A DNA stretch of 64,000 nt from the human T2T-CHM13v2.0 reference genome, Homo sapiens. Positions 1 to 13,707 of this stretch are shown here, piece after piece. Where the stretch lies: NCBI RefSeq assembly GCF_009914755.1, contig NC_060931.1. One strand, given 5' to 3'. The stretch's first letter is position 1. Each line of letters opens with the position of its first letter. The notes beneath the pieces were generated by a model. It had not been told where the DNA came from and searched no databases. It saw nothing but the letters and a program-made list of their open reading frames with translations. The position numbers were made by a program, and so were the translations under genes.

Positions 1-405
1 TTTAAAAGCACTGAAAGATCCACCAGAATAAGATGTCTGCTGAAAAGCTAGTTTCTTTCAACCACTGCTGAGGAAAATGGTTTAATCCATAATATTGATG
101 CATAATTGACTTGTATAACATTAAAGGACCTTTAGAAAAATCTTTACACCACAGCAAAAAAAAAAAAAAAAATACCCCAATTCAAACCAAACGAGAGCAA
201 AAACCAATTCAGACAGGAACCACTGAAGGAATTAAAAGTTACAGAACCAGAGTCTAAAGTGAGCACAGCAAACTCCGCGGTGACACCAGAGCTCCAAGAA
301 CACACAGACTCCCTGTTTTCCTCCCTGGGGACAGGCTAGGAAGTGAGGAAGGCAACTGACCTTCTCAAAAGCCAACGCTCCGCCTGCATGGCTCAGGCTG
401 ACGAC

Positions 406-1046
406 TAAACATGTCCACGTGAATGCAGGCGTCGAATGCCCAAGTACATGTGAATACAGGTGTCGAATGCCCACGTAAACATGTAGATGTGAATACAGGC
501 ATCAAATGCCCACGTACATGTGATTACAGTTGTTGAATGCCCACGTAAACATGTCCACGTGAATACAGGTGTTGAATGCCCACGTACATGTGAATACAGG
601 CATCAAATGCCCACGTAAACATGTACACAGGTGAATGAATACAGGTGTTGGGTGCCCATGTAAACATGTACACGTGAATACAGGTATCGAATGCCTATGT
701 AAACATGTACATGTGAATACAGGTGTTGGATGCCCACATACATGTGCATTCAGGTGTTGAATGTCCACATAAACATGTACATGTGAATACAGGTATCGAA
801 TGCCTATGTAGACATGTACACATGAATACAGGCACTGGATGCCCACGTAAACATGTCCATGTGAATACATGCACTGAACGCCCATGTAAACATGTCCACC
901 TGAATACAGGTGCCGAATGCCCACGTAAACATGTCCACGTGAATACGGGTGCCGAATGCCCACATAAACATGTCCACGTGAATACAGGTGCCGCCGAATG
1001 CCCACATAAACATGTCCACGTGAATACAGGCGCTGAATGCCCACAT
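406..1046. repeat. Minisatellite, 39-bp unit (TAAACATGTCCACGTGAATACAGGTGCCGAATGCCCACG) mixed with shorter ~29-bp variants
   Basis: Direct tandem periodicity; ORF 723..1223 repeats a 13-aa unit (KHVHVNTGAECPR), i.e. 39 bp. Confidence 0.95.
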
Positions 1047-2799
1047 ATGCAACAAGTCAATGTCTTCCTATGCCACTGCTCTCTGGACAGACCACATTCT
1101 GAAAACAATGATGAAGCCACACAGTGCTCAGCTCAAGTCCCAGGAACTTCCTGCTTTATGCTGGAAACGGGCCACAGCGCTCAAGCAGAGCTCCGCTCAC
1201 AGCCAGGTGGCCGTGTTCTCTGAGGGGTTGTGCCGGGGTCTTCAGACAGTGCCCTCCCTGGGGTCTTGGGACCCTCAAGCAAATGCCACCTAGAAGCAAA
1301 ACCTGACTTAGGTCACCAGGTGCAGGCCTTACATATAGAGGTAGTAGCGCTACATTGAGGATGCTGGACACGGCTTATCTCCTGGAGGAGGGCTGCCTCC
1401 TTGCCATGGGAGCCCCGCCCTGGCTGCCAGGCTTCCCTGGGCAAGGTCAGCAAGGCATGTGCTCGGTGGAGGAGGCCTAACTGTTGCTACTCTTGGTGAC
1501 CTGAGGTGAAAGGTCACGTGCTGGTCGCTTGTGCTGAGCAAGGCCTTGCTTCTCATCTGACCAAAGAAGACCGTGTTTCCTGGGACCCTGCAGGCTGCCA
1601 GAATGACCGCCCACCCGCTGCCCCTCACCACACACTGCTGCACTGTGCTCCACATCCTGACAGGCAGCAGGAACCCCCAAATTCCCTCCTCAGGCCAGTG
1701 CCCTCCACGTTGTCCCCAGCAGGGCGACGGAGGGTGGGGGCGGCAGGCTGTCTCCGGTGCTTGCCTTCTCTGTCTAAATAACTTGCTTCTCACCCTGCTG
1801 CAGGAGTCTCCGAAGCACAAAGGCTGACCCTAGACTCTGGCCAGGACGAGCTGGGGTGAGGGGCCCCGGCCAGAAGGATGTCCTGATGAGGGGTCCTGAG
1901 GGTCTGGGGAAGGCGCTGTGGCCTGAATGCTCACCCTATGGCTGGGTCACCCAGGGCACCCCGAGGTCATCAGCCTGAGGAAGAGTGCTGGGTGATTTCA
2001 TTCTCCCTGGTTGCTGAAAATGAGCAGTGTGTGTCCTCCCAAGCAGGGCTGGGACGCCACTGATACCATCGACGTACAACACGCCGCAAGCAGCCCTCGA
2101 GGAATGGAAAACTCTCAGACTGCTGTGTCCACACGGGTTAATAAAAATGCTGACCCCAGTTCCCAAGGTCCACAATGTCCATGGAGAGTAGGATTTTACA
2201 CACTTATTGATGAACTGCTATGAGTTTTTGATGATGGCTTGGCTAGTTGAATTCTGATTCGATACTTTATAATTAGGGCTCACTAGTGACGAGCAAAAGC
2301 CCGTGAAACTGTCTTTGTTTATGATCCCACCACGTATCTCTACTATTAAAGAATTAGCCTCTGGGCCGTGTGTCCTCCTGGTCTACCTCCAGCACAAGGA
2401 CGTTCCTCAGAGCAAGGCATTTGCTCGCTCCCCTTGCTCCTTACACACGGCCTTCCCACTCCCAGCTAACACCTGAAATAGGATGGGATAGTGCACACTC
2501 TGAAGGTGAAGCTTTAGGTGACGTCGAAGCATCCAGCCATATCTGTCAGTTTATATAAGGGGTGGCGGCTGCTCAGCGAGGCCTCAGGAGTGTGAAGGAG
2601 GCTTGGCTGGCGGAGGGGCCGTGCTGCTGGATCAGATGGCGGAACACGGCCCAGAGCAACTGAAGTTCGCTTGTCCCCACAGGCAGCTCGACATGGTGCA
2701 GACCGTGGCAGCCAAGTCAGGCATACAGCAGCCCTCTTGCTGGCTTCCAGTACTGGCTCTGCACGCCTTCACCGTGAGAGGCCCCTGGACAAGGGACTG

Positions 2800-2935
2800 C
2801 CTTCCTCTGTGCCTCAGTTTCCCTGTTTGCACAATGGGGCTTCACCCATTTCGCAGGGTGGTCACGGGTATTCCCTATGTTGGAATGCATGATGGGGCCA
2901 CACCCAGCACGGAGAGAGCACTTGACACTGTTGCT
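2800..2935 (+). mobile_element. MIR SINE fragment (degenerate)
   Basis: TCTGTGCCTCAGTTTCCCTGTTTGCACAATGGGG resembles the MIR core GCCTCAGTTTCCTCATCTGTAAAATGGGG. Confidence 0.65.
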
Positions 2936-5079
2936 TGCATGTGCCCCCGGGCCAAGGTGGACGAGCTCTCCAAACTCGCTTTCTCTGCCTCATCCGTGAT
3001 GAGCTGCCCCGCGGGTCCCCACAGATCAATCAGGACAGAATACTCACTAACCAAAGGTCGGTTTCACTTCTCTCCTCAGTGCACACCTGAACTCTCACCA
3101 CCCCCACCGAGGCAGTGGGCAGCCCCTGAGCCAGGCAGCTCCAGGCCAAACCTTCTCTGGCCTCCTGCCGCTCACGGCCACAATCACCCCACATCCTGGT
3201 CCACTCACACCCACGTCACCCACATGCGGCTCCTTCTAGCCATGCTCACTCCCCTCTGCGGAACAAGACAAGGGCTCCCTTCGCCTGGCTGTGGTAGTGC
3301 TTGCGGTCCTATGGCCAGAGCACTGCCCTGCCACAGCCCTGACCCCACAGCACCAGGCCTTTTGATGAAAAGTCTGTCCTTCCCAGGTCCACGGCTGCTT
3401 TTGATTTGATATATTACACATGGGCTAGTGTTATTATCATCTCCTCAAAGTGGAGGGTCTGCTACATTACCGCCTGGACATGTCCGGACCAAAACATATT
3501 TTCAGAATAACACACAGTTAACCCTCCCTGTGCCAAGTTGTTGATGTCAAGTCTCTTTGAGGACAGTGCTTACAACATGCGTGCCCTTCTTCTGGTCCCA
3601 GCAAATGCAGCAAACACCATCGAATCAGGCCAGACTCGACCACTGCAATCAATTCTTCTGGGTCTGCTCTCAGACTTCAAGGTGAGATGAATCTGTACTA
3701 AGAAAACTTCCACTTTTTCAATACTATCCCAGAGAGCCTGGTTTTATTGTCATGGGTTCCCATCTCATACAAGTTCGAGTATGAAGCGTGCAGCTGGGAG
3801 AGCTCCTGGATGGTGCATGGCGGAAGCTTCCTGACTGAGGACAAGCTGACCCAGCTTCCTCCCAGGTTGCTTTCTTGCCCTCAGTCAAATCGTTATTTCT
3901 GCATCTTTATCAAGTCATCTGACTTCACAGTACCCAAAACGTATATTACTTCAGCCTCAATACCCTGCCCCAGCCTCCCAGCCAGCTCCAAATCACATCC
4001 CACTGCTGTCGCTGACTTCTGTGGCAAACCACACCCCACTGACTTTGGCAGCAGCTGTCAGCCCTTTCTGGGCTTTCAGGGGTGGATGTGAAATGCCCAC
4101 ACAGCAGCTTCAGGCAGATGCCCATATGCCTGAGAAGCTTCCTGCATTTTCAGCCACCACTGTCCTCCAAGCTTGCCACAGACGGGAGTAGGTTCCCAGG
4201 TGCGGGCACACAGGTATGGCCTCGCCTATGCTATCTCTTTCACTGTCCCTAGGGAATAGACCTGGGCTGGCTTTGCCAAAGGTGTGGGTGGATTTGCCCT
4301 GATGGCTTACCCAGGCCTCGCCTGCTCTGCACAGGACCGTAGACCCCATGCTGAGGGGCGGCCACAGAGGTGTGCAGTGCAAAGCCACAGACCAAACTGC
4401 AAGTAATTTGTTCATGTAAGAATTCAGCTCATGAGCTCAGCCCTGGCACAGGCTCCAGTCAACCACGCTAAGTGGGTCTGGACTCAGGCATCCGAGAATT
4501 AATGGGGCCCCGGGTTGGGATGCATGCAGTGCCAGGCGGAATCGGTTCCAGCAGGCGTCTGGGAGGGCCGGTTTGGCCCCAGTATCTGAAAACGGTGAAT
4601 CAGCTCTAAGGGTAGGAGCTGCAGCCCGCCCTCCACAGAGGGGGTCCAGGGCTTCTTACTGATCATCCAGGCATGGGAAGCTGATCAGGGTCAACCTATG
4701 AAATCACACATCCCAGTTATGTTGTCTATAATCTTAACAGAAACAGCAGAAATAACCTGAGAGAGAGGAGCCATCTAAAAACTCATACATGTATAATATA
4801 CCAACTGCCCCCAGGGGTCCCTGAAAGAACGACGAGTGTCGGTACTCCAAGAAATTATTTGGAAAATGACTACCCAAGAGATGATCACACAGCATCGCAT
4901 CAACATTCAGGATTTCTTTCCAGCACAAAAATGCCCAGTTTGGAAAGAGGAATCAGAGGAAAATGGACAATGAAAATAAAGGCTTTGCTCTCTTTCCTTA
5001 AATAGTAGAGGCGCTGGGATGACAGAATGTGCTGGCTGCTTGACTCGGGGAGCCTTGAGTGCACTCGGTGCTGGCTGGC

Positions 5080-5449
5080 TAACATGGTCTGACTGTGTCC
5101 CCACCCAAATCTCATCTTGAATTGTCCCATAATCCCCACATGTTGGGGGAGTGACCTGGTGGGAGGTAATTGCATCACAGGGGTGGATACCCCATGCTGT
5201 TCTCATGATAGTGACCGAGTTCTCACAAGATCTGACGGTTTTATCATGGGCTTTTCCCCCTTTGCTCGGCACTTCTCCTTGCTGCCGCCACGTGAAGAAG
5301 AACATGTTTGCTTCCCCTTCTGCTGTGATTGTAAGTTTCCTGAGGCCTCCTCAGCCCTGCAGAACTGTGAGTCCATTAAACCTCTTTCCTTCATAAATTA
5401 CCCAGTCTTGGGTGTGTCTTTATTAGCAGCGTGAGAACAGACGAATACA
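5080..5449 (+). mobile_element. THE1 (probably THE1C) MaLR solo LTR
   Basis: Starts ...ATGGTCTGACTGTGTCCCCACCCAAATCTCATCTTGAATTGT, contains GATTGTAAGTTTCCTGAGGCCTCC and ATTAAACCTCTTTCC, ends GCGTGAGAACAGACGAATACA; ~370 bp. Confidence 0.92.
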
Positions 5450-6771
5450 CCTGCCTTGGCGGTGCTGTGACACGTGGCCTGTTACTCACGTTCCCATCTG
5501 AATATGTAATGCACAATGGACACTCCCATGCACAGCACACCGGGAGGGTCCTCACCACACAGCCTGGGACATACGTCCATCCATACCTAGGAAGGTTCAT
5601 CGAACGCATGTCTGAGCCTGATGTTCCTCGGCACTGCTGGCCCAAGAGGAGCTGACAGCCCACAATCCTGAACATTACCTTGTGCTTATTTAATCTAGTA
5701 TGAAGTCATCTTACTAAGAACTCCACTAATTCTGAGCATGCAGGGGCCAGCGGAGTCCATACTAAAGTTGACCGATCCTGGCTATAAAAAGTTCTGCAAA
5801 GAAAAGTATGGCAGTAAACAAGATTCCAGGAGCCCTCTTGAAACAGCAGAGAAGACGCCCTGGCAGGAAGGCCTGTCCCACCTGTGGGTCCTGGATTCAG
5901 CCTCCCGCCCCACTCCCACTTACTCGGAACAGGGACTTTCCCATGTGGATTCGTATGACCCTACTTTTGAGTGATTTCCTCCGGAGGCTGTTCACATTTC
6001 ATCTTTGCTCCAGGCCCTCTGAGGCTTGAACACTGCCCTGTTTTCATTCAAGAAGAAAAGTGAAACCAGGAAGGCAGGTGTCTTTCCAGAGGGCTGGGAG
6101 GCTGGTTGAATGGAGGATATTCCATCTCTTACTCTTTCAAGCAGAGCGCAGCTGCTGTCCCACAGGAGTAAATTCAGGATGAGTGGCTGAAACATTTCCC
6201 ACATGGTTGGAGTTTAAGTCTCTCAAGGTAGAGACACTCATGGTGTAAGTGCAGAGGAGGAGAAGGAAGCTGGGATGGGTGTGTTTAGTTCTGCTTCCAG
6301 GGACTATTCCTAAATTCTGCTTGTGGGCAGGGCACAGGCAGCTCAACGTTAGGCCAGGGACCAATCTTACCACGTGGCTTCTGGCCCAGAGCAGCTCGTG
6401 AGTCAGCCTGGCCTAGTTGGAAAGGCACCAACTAGGTCTCAGGAGGCCAAGTGGGGGGCCTGCCCCCACCTCTGGGGTCTCAGCATCTGCACAGTGACGG
6501 ATTAGGGGGGCGGTTCAGCAGCCCCTCGAACCTTCACCCGGGGCTCGTTTGCTGCTTCACACTGGAGGAGGTGCTCCTAGCAAGATGCCGACCTGCAGCA
6601 GCGCCCACAAGGCTCAGGGCTGGGTCCAGCCTCACCTGCAAAAGCTGTGGCTGCGGGAACCTTCCTGCCCTGCAGGAACCACCTCAGCCTCAGCCTCAGC
6701 GCTGGAGAGAAAGCCCTATCCCGCTCGGCCTGACCCTCCTCTCCACAAAGGGCTTGAAGAGCAACTGACCC

Positions 6772-6895
6772 ATGAAACGGGCAGGGGCTGGGCTGATCCC
6801 ATATGAAACGGGCAGGGGCTGGGCTGATCCCGTATGAAACGGGCAGGGGCTGGGCTGATCCCGTATGAAACGGGCAGGGGCTGAGCTGATCCCGT
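6772..6895. repeat. Minisatellite, 31 bp x4 (ATGAAACGGGCAGGGGCTGGGCTGATCCCGT)
   Basis: ATGAAAC recurs at 6772, 6803, 6834 and 6865. Confidence 0.95.
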
Positions 6896-9187
6896 GGCAG
6901 TGCAAACCGAGGGCCCCCTGGGTCTCGACATTTCACCGCAAACCCTGACCCCACACCCGGCCTCTCTGCAGCTAATGGAAGGAAATGAACCCATCGTGTG
7001 GGGCGACATAGGGGCCCAGGGGGCCTGGACAAGTAATAAGGTCAAGATATTTTTGGACTTGTTCAAATGGGTGGGCAGCTGTTTCTCTGAGGAAACGCGC
7101 CCCTCCCCAGTGGCCAGGTGAGCAGTGGGGCTGGAGAGGAGAGCAGAGGGAGCCGAGGCCCTCTGTCCAGGCGGCTGAGGTCACGCGGTCTCTTCAGTTT
7201 CCATTTTTCCACTTGTAACGGCTGTTACAGCCGCTGTTTCATCGCGTCGTCATAGGAGTTGAACAAAGCTGTGTGTGTGTTTCCAGAATGTTGGCACAGC
7301 GGCGAGAAGGCTGACCGAACACCGAGAAGCAGCCAGCACAGGCTCTCCACAGGGGCTCTGGCATGGAGCAGGATAACCCGGGCCCACGTGGGGACACGCC
7401 CCGCCCCACAGGCTTGCACCGGGGTGCGGCCTGCCCTGTCTGGGGCGCCAAGGCCAGTGGTGTAAATCCACACTCTATGGTGACGGTGGATCCACAGCTG
7501 CTGCGGGTCCCCCCAACCCCAAAGCCACTGAGTGAAAACAGACCACGGTGCTCCAAAACGAAATCGCCCCCGAGGATGAAAGGGGGTGGTGGAAAAGGCC
7601 TTGGAGCCTGGGGCAGGGCTCAGAGGGGCCCCAGGCCGGCCCCACTCCCAGACTAGAGCCAGCACTCGCGGGCAGGCCTCCCCAGGACCAGAGCGCCTGC
7701 GACCTGCCTGGGTGCCATCCGCAAACCTGGTCTCTGCTGAAATCTGAACAGTCTACACTGGACAGACATGGAGGGAAGCTTCTCCCAGGACCAGGGTCCC
7801 TGCTTTCTGCAGACGGTGGGCAGAGGGCAGAGACGGAGACCGTGGGCACAGCACACCAAGGGGGAGCCTGCTCAGAGATGGGCATGGGGCCGGCCTGGGA
7901 AGCATGGCGGGAGGGGAGAAGAATCGCGATCCTTTCCAGGTACACAGTCTAGCAGCTGCCACGCCCGGCTGGGAGCTGAGACGCGCAGGGGGCCCAGCTG
8001 AAGCCTGCGTTTTCCCTTCTGCACAACAGCGGAGGTTTTCCTGGAGTTCATAATCACTGGTTTTTTTTGTGTGCGTGTTCACCAGCCTGCTCACCTGGGT
8101 AGCAGGGTGGGAGGGCCGGGTGGGGATGGCTGCAGGGACCCCCTGGGCCGGCTCTGGGTGCTGCTGCTCCCAGGAGAGATGGTCCCGTGCAAGTGCCAGG
8201 CCCCTGCTGTTTGGCCTCCTCTGCCCCCTGTGGGGCACGAGCGTTAGCCGCACTCCGAGTGCGCGCCAAGGGCTTCAGCTGGCTGAGCGCTTTTGCTGTG
8301 GGGTGGATCCCAGGCCCTCGGGCCAGCCCTGCGTGGGGTTCTCCCTGCTCACACAAACCACACGGGGAACGGCACAGGTAATATTAACCAGGACTAGCAC
8401 CTAGGGCCCCACAGGTACCGTTCACGTATCCTGGCTTTAGTCTTGCTGGTTTTCTCACCAGCATTTAGTGCTAGTTCAGTATTTATTTAAATCAACATGT
8501 TTTGAAAAACTGCCTAAGTATCTGAATTGTTATAAAGTTTAAGGACCATGAAGTCTAAGAAGGAAGATTATTTATTGTACTTCTGGGAAAAGCCCCCAGA
8601 GGTGGGCTCATTTGCTGTGATCTTCGTCCCATTCACAAAGCACTCCTGGGCACTGTCCCAGCTGTGGATGGCACTGGAAACTGGGCTTGTCCACAGCGTG
8701 AGTCCCTTGAGGCTGGAAGCACAGAGTGGCTGTCCCCAGGTAGTTGGTGACGGGGTGAGGACCGGGCTCGCTCCCACTCTCAGGAGCCTCACTATGGTCC
8801 CCAGAGATAGAGGACGGTGAGGCGCTGCCGGTGAGGGCCACACCAGGCCACATCCGTGCAGAAAGCACCCTCTCATTGCAATGTGTTTGGAAACATGAAT
8901 TCATGTGGCAGCGGTAACATTTAGAAGAGAAACAGCCACATTTAAAAACGCGTAAGACTCACAGAACCTCAGCCTGCTGTGGTTTCATCATCAGGTGGGT
9001 GGCACATTCCAGCGGCTTTGGCCTTGCCTGCCCAGTGCCCAGAGCTCAGTGCCCACTGTGGGAAGTGCAGGGAGCAGCTCTGGCACATCCCACAGTGCTG
9101 TCTGCACCACCGCACACAGAGTGCCAGTGTCAGCTGTAGGTCCCATGGCCTGAGGAAGCCACTGAGCCTGGGACAGCTTGAGGGGCA

Positions 9188-9370
9188 GGAGGCGGACACA
9201 GGTGCGGCGGGGGACGCGGGGGTGGCTGCCCGGGAGGCGGACGCGGGTGCGGCGGGGGACGCGGGGGTGGCTGCCCGGGAGGCGGACGCGGGTGCGGCGG
9301 GGGACGCGGGGGTGGCTGCCCGGGAGGCGGACGCGGGTGCGGCGGGGGACGCGGGGGTGGCTGCCCGGGA
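9188..9370. repeat. GC/CpG-rich minisatellite, 45 bp x4
   Basis: Unit GGAGGCGGACGCGGGTGCGGCGGGGGACGCGGGGGTGGCTGCCCG; 15-aa periodicity in overlapping ORFs. Confidence 0.95.
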
Positions 9371-10271
9371 CTGGCTCTTCTGGAAGCAATTCGTGGGAAA
9401 CCCACTTGGATGCCACTTATGACCCCCGCGTGCCAGTGGATGCCCACAACCCCTCTGGGGTGTCGGGGATCAGGTGAGCAAGGGGGCTCATCCGTGGCCT
9501 CCAGGCCCCACCTTGATGGAAACTGCGACAGGAGGGGGTCTGGCCTCTGCTGGGAGTGACATCTGAAGATGCCATAGAAAGTCTGGCGCAGCAGCCGGTG
9601 GGCCTGGGGGGCGCGTGGACTCCCAGCTGTTGCTGTGCCTGGGTCACCCCAGTGGGCAGGGCGGGCAGGGGGCTTCCCCACAGTCTAGGGGGCCAGGAGA
9701 GCCCCTGGGCCTCACGTCCTGCTTCTCTCCTTGTCCTTCATGTCTTGTAGGCGACCCCACAGAGAGAGAGGCAGAGGAGAGTGGCCGTGACCTGGAGGAC
9801 AAGGACATGCATTTCACACTGACCGGGGCCTCCCTGGGACACCCTGAACACCTGCTCTGTGGGAGACGGGGTGGTGTTTGAGCTGGTGCCATCTGGGTCC
9901 CCTGGGGTGGTGGCTGGGTGAGCCCAGCCCCATCTTTCCCTCGGACTTCATTTGTGCTCATGGCTGGGGGAGGCACCTGGGGGCCCCGTCCAAGCTGCCA
10001 AGGGCTGGGGTGGGCTGTTCCCCTCTTGGCATCTCCCTCACACCTCTGCACCCCCAGTGGATAAAAGCTGCTGGCAACATCGACGTCCCCAAGACACTGA
10101 CAGGCCTGGAGGTCTGGACAATGGGGAGCCAGCACCGGGTCCCCTGGGAACCACGCAGCCGGGGCCTGGAGGCCGACACAAGCCAGACCCAGCCTCTCTG
10201 CCATTCGCAAATCCCAGTGTTCAAACAGAGTTCTGCCAAAGAAGAGAAGAACCAGTAAAAAGCAGGGAAGA

Positions 10272-10587
<316 letters not shown>

Positions 10588-10863
10588 TCAGCCTCCTTGG
10601 CAAGACACTGCTGTCTGGAGACCCTGGGAGAAGTGTGCCATCAACCAACGTGACCAGAACCCATCCTGGTTTAGGGAGGAGCTCTCCACAGGCCTCCACG
10701 GGGCTGGAGCAGTCCCCAAGCTCCAAAGAGTCCCCCACGACCTCTTAGTCGTCACCCCTAGGAAGGGCCTAGAAGGCAGATTTCCCACCATGAGAAGCCA
10801 CATGGAGCCCAGCTCCCAGGCATGCAGCCCTGCTGGGCTATGCGGGGAAGATGTGTGCTCTGA

Positions 10864-11082
10864 AGGCCTCTGGGGCCACCCAACTGCCATGCAGGAGGCC
10901 TCCGGGGCCACCCCACTGCCACGCGGGAGGCCTCGGGGGCCACATCTCCGCCATAGGGGAGGCTTCTGGGGCCAGCCCTCTGCCACACGTGAGGCTGCCG
11001 GCCCACTTCTCTGCCATGTGGGAGGCAGCCGGGGCCACATCTCTGCTATGCTGGAGGCCGCTGGAACCACCTCTCCAATGCT
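10864..11082. repeat. Degenerate 32-bp minisatellite, ~7 copies
   Basis: GGAGGCCTCCGGGGCCAC..CTGCCA recurs at 10864, 10896, 10928 and onward. Confidence 0.8.
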
Positions 11083-11790
11083 GGGGATAGCTCCCTGGAG
11101 CCATCTCCTTTCTCACAGAGGCGAAACCCACACCTTCCCCAAGGAACGGAGCTCACGCCCCTTCCTGCCTCCATTTCCCAAGCTGTCACCGTAACAGTCA
11201 CTACAGGACAGTCAGAATGGTAGGATTTGAGCTAAATTGCTAGAATTAGAGAGCGTCACAAAAATTCTAGGAGGTCAGCAACTTTAGGTAATGCCCACAC
11301 CTGATGGGGGAAATCACTGTCTTCCGGCGGGCTGGTCCTCTTTGGTGACAGATGAAGTCAGATGCTTCCGGGATGAATTTGGTTCACCTTTGAAGGACAC
11401 TTTGAAAGCAACACAACAAAACTGGCTGGGCCTTGTACTCTCCGCTCCCTCGAGAAGCTCCCCGCCCGGTGCCGCTGGCTTCTACTGTTTCTAAGCTGCC
11501 TGTTGGGCACGTTCCCTCCTGGTGGTCCCGGGGCAGCCAGACCCACCCTGGGACATCCAGGCCCCCTGGGCACAGACATCTTGTACAAGGTCAGAGAGAC
11601 TGGGTTTCGGGCTTCATGAGCCTCAGAAATTCAGCTCTCAGGAGGCTCGTGGGAGGCCTCCAGGGTCAGGTCTCTGCCGGAGAGAAAAGGGGCGGCCTGG
11701 GCTTCTCTTCAAAAGTGTTACCTGACAACAAGGGAATTCAGCCACACACCAGGTGGCTCCGTGGTCCCCTGAGGTCCCCAGCCTTTGACA

Positions 11791-12520
11791 GTGTGTGTGT
11801 ATGTGGTGTGTGGTGTGAAATGTGGGTGTGATATGTGTGTGTGGTATGTGTGCATGTGTGTATGTGTGTGGGGGTATGTGTGTGTGGTGTGTGTGGTATG
11901 GTGTGTGTGTCTGTGGGGTACATGTGTGGTGTGTGTGGGGTATATGTGTGGTGTGTGTGTATATGGTATGTGTGTGGTGTGTGTGTGATGTGTGTAGTAT
12001 GTGGTATGTTTGTGTGTGTAGTATATGTGGTGTGATGTGTATGTGGTGTGTGTAGTATGTGTGCAGGTATGTGTGTGGTATGTGTGGTGCTGTGTGTGTG
12101 GTATGTTGTGTGTGTATGGTATGTGGTGTGTGTGTGGTGGTGACATGTGCGTATGGTGGTGTGTGTGTGGTGGGGGTGTGTGTGGTGTTTGTGTGGTGTG
12201 AATGTGTGTGGTGTGTGTGTGGTGGGGGTGTGTGTGGTGTTTGTGTGGTGTGAATGTGTGGTGTGTGTGTGTGGTGTGTGTGGTGGTGACATGTGTGTAT
12301 GGTGGTGTGTGTGTGGTGTGTGTGTGGTGGGGGTGTGTGTGGTGTGAATGTGGTGTGTGTGGTGTGTGTATGGTGGTGTGTGTGTGTGGTGCGTGGGGTG
12401 GTGACGTGTGTGTATGGTGGTGTGTGTGTGTGTCTGTGGTGGGGGTGTGTGTGTGGTGTTTGTGTGGTGTGAATGTGTGTGGTGTGTGTATGGTGGTGTG
12501 TGTGTGTGGTGCGGGGGTGG
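11791..12520. repeat. (TG)n/(TGG)-rich low-complexity array
   Basis: About 730 bp composed almost entirely of GT/GGT motifs. Confidence 0.95.
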
Positions 12521-12719
12521 CAGGATGTCATTAACTTGGTTCTAAAGGTGGTTTGGGTTCAGGTCCTGGAGTACATGCTCAGGAACTGTCAAGCAATCTG
12601 GGGGCACAGGAAGGAGACCGGGCGCTCCTGCAGGTATTAAATCGTGTTTTGCGTGAAGATCAGCATTCAGACCAGTAGAACAAAACAGATGGTCTAGGAA
12701 TGAACGTGACAACACAAGG

Positions 12720-13470
12720 GCCTGGAGTGTATGACGAAGGGGGCATTTCAAACCCGTGGGTACAGAAAAAATCCACCCGATAAACACAAGTGGGAAATTG
12801 TGTAAGAAAATGAAGTGAGATTCCAATATTAAAAAGTCAGATAGGTCAAAATCTAAATAATAAACAATTTACCATAAGATAATTAGAAGAAAATATAAAA
12901 TACTTTTTAATCTTGGGTTCAAGTTGTCACAAAACCTAAGCTATTTTTTTTAATCCAGAAGTATTAAAAGTTTGCTATTTCCTATAGACAAATAGCTCCT
13001 ACAACTTGGTGAGGAAACAGGGTCCAGGAGCATTTTCTCTGCTCGGGTGAAGCTCAGGGGAAGACATAAGTACATGAAAGACATTCCGTTCTGTAATGAT
13101 TAAAAAATCAAAAGTTAACACCATCACATTGGTAAACGTTAAAAGGTTTAATAACTTTTTTTAATATACTGCTGTTGCACATGCAAACTGATAAAGCCTT
13201 TTTGGAAAGTAATTTGGCAATAAAAATGCACATACTTTATGAGCAAAAAAAATCCCGTTTCTTATAATCTAATTGATAAGAATTATAGCATAAGTGCATG
13301 TATGTGTATGAGAACAGTCACTCTGGCATCGCCTGCAACAGCAAATAAATGAGTGGCAAACAAGCTCTCGCGGAGGGTATTTAAATATTTTATGTGACTA
13401 AGAAGAATGAGATACGTCCATTTGCTGTGATAAGAAAAGATATTCCACAGTTTCGTATTTGTTAAGTATT
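12720..13470 (+). mobile_element. Old L1 (L1ME-like) 3' fragments
   Basis: AT-rich island with L1-like motifs TAGAAGAAAATATA, TTTTGGAAAGTAATTTGGCAATA and AAGAATGAGATA. Confidence 0.6.
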
Positions 13471-13707
13471 TTCAGCAAATCATGGAACACGATGCAACAC
13501 CCGATTCCATGTTTGAAAACAGAACAGAACAAAATTCAACAAGAAATAAGCGCCCGCGTCCACATATTCTCGTGCCTGGCGTGTTTTACGTGCTTGGGAA
13601 GCGGAGCGGCCGCTGGGCTTGGCTCTGAGGTCGGGACTGGTGCAGGCGGATGCATGTATGTGCCCGGGTCCCGCCTCCACACGCCTGCCTGGCGCCAGCC
13701 TGCCTGT

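Noticed and set aside
2603-3409. 268-aa ORF
   Set aside because: Non-ATG start, crosses a MIR fragment, low-information composition typical of GC-rich non-coding DNA.
5160-5365. THE1 LTR as a DUX4-driven promoter or PRDM9 hotspot
   Set aside because: The DUX4-type site reads TAATTGCATCA rather than TAATTGAATCA, and the hotspot position reads CCTCCTCAGCCCT rather than CCTCCCTAGCCAC; both are degenerate.
7214-7233. Overlapping short inverted repeats TGTAAC/GTTACA and CGGCTG/CAGCCG
   Set aside because: 6-bp stems are expected by chance in 64 kb.
11638-12534. His/Thr- and Cys/Val-rich ORFs here and at 40-42.9 kb, 44-45 kb and 61.6-63 kb
   Set aside because: Translations of TG/CA/CCAT low-complexity DNA.
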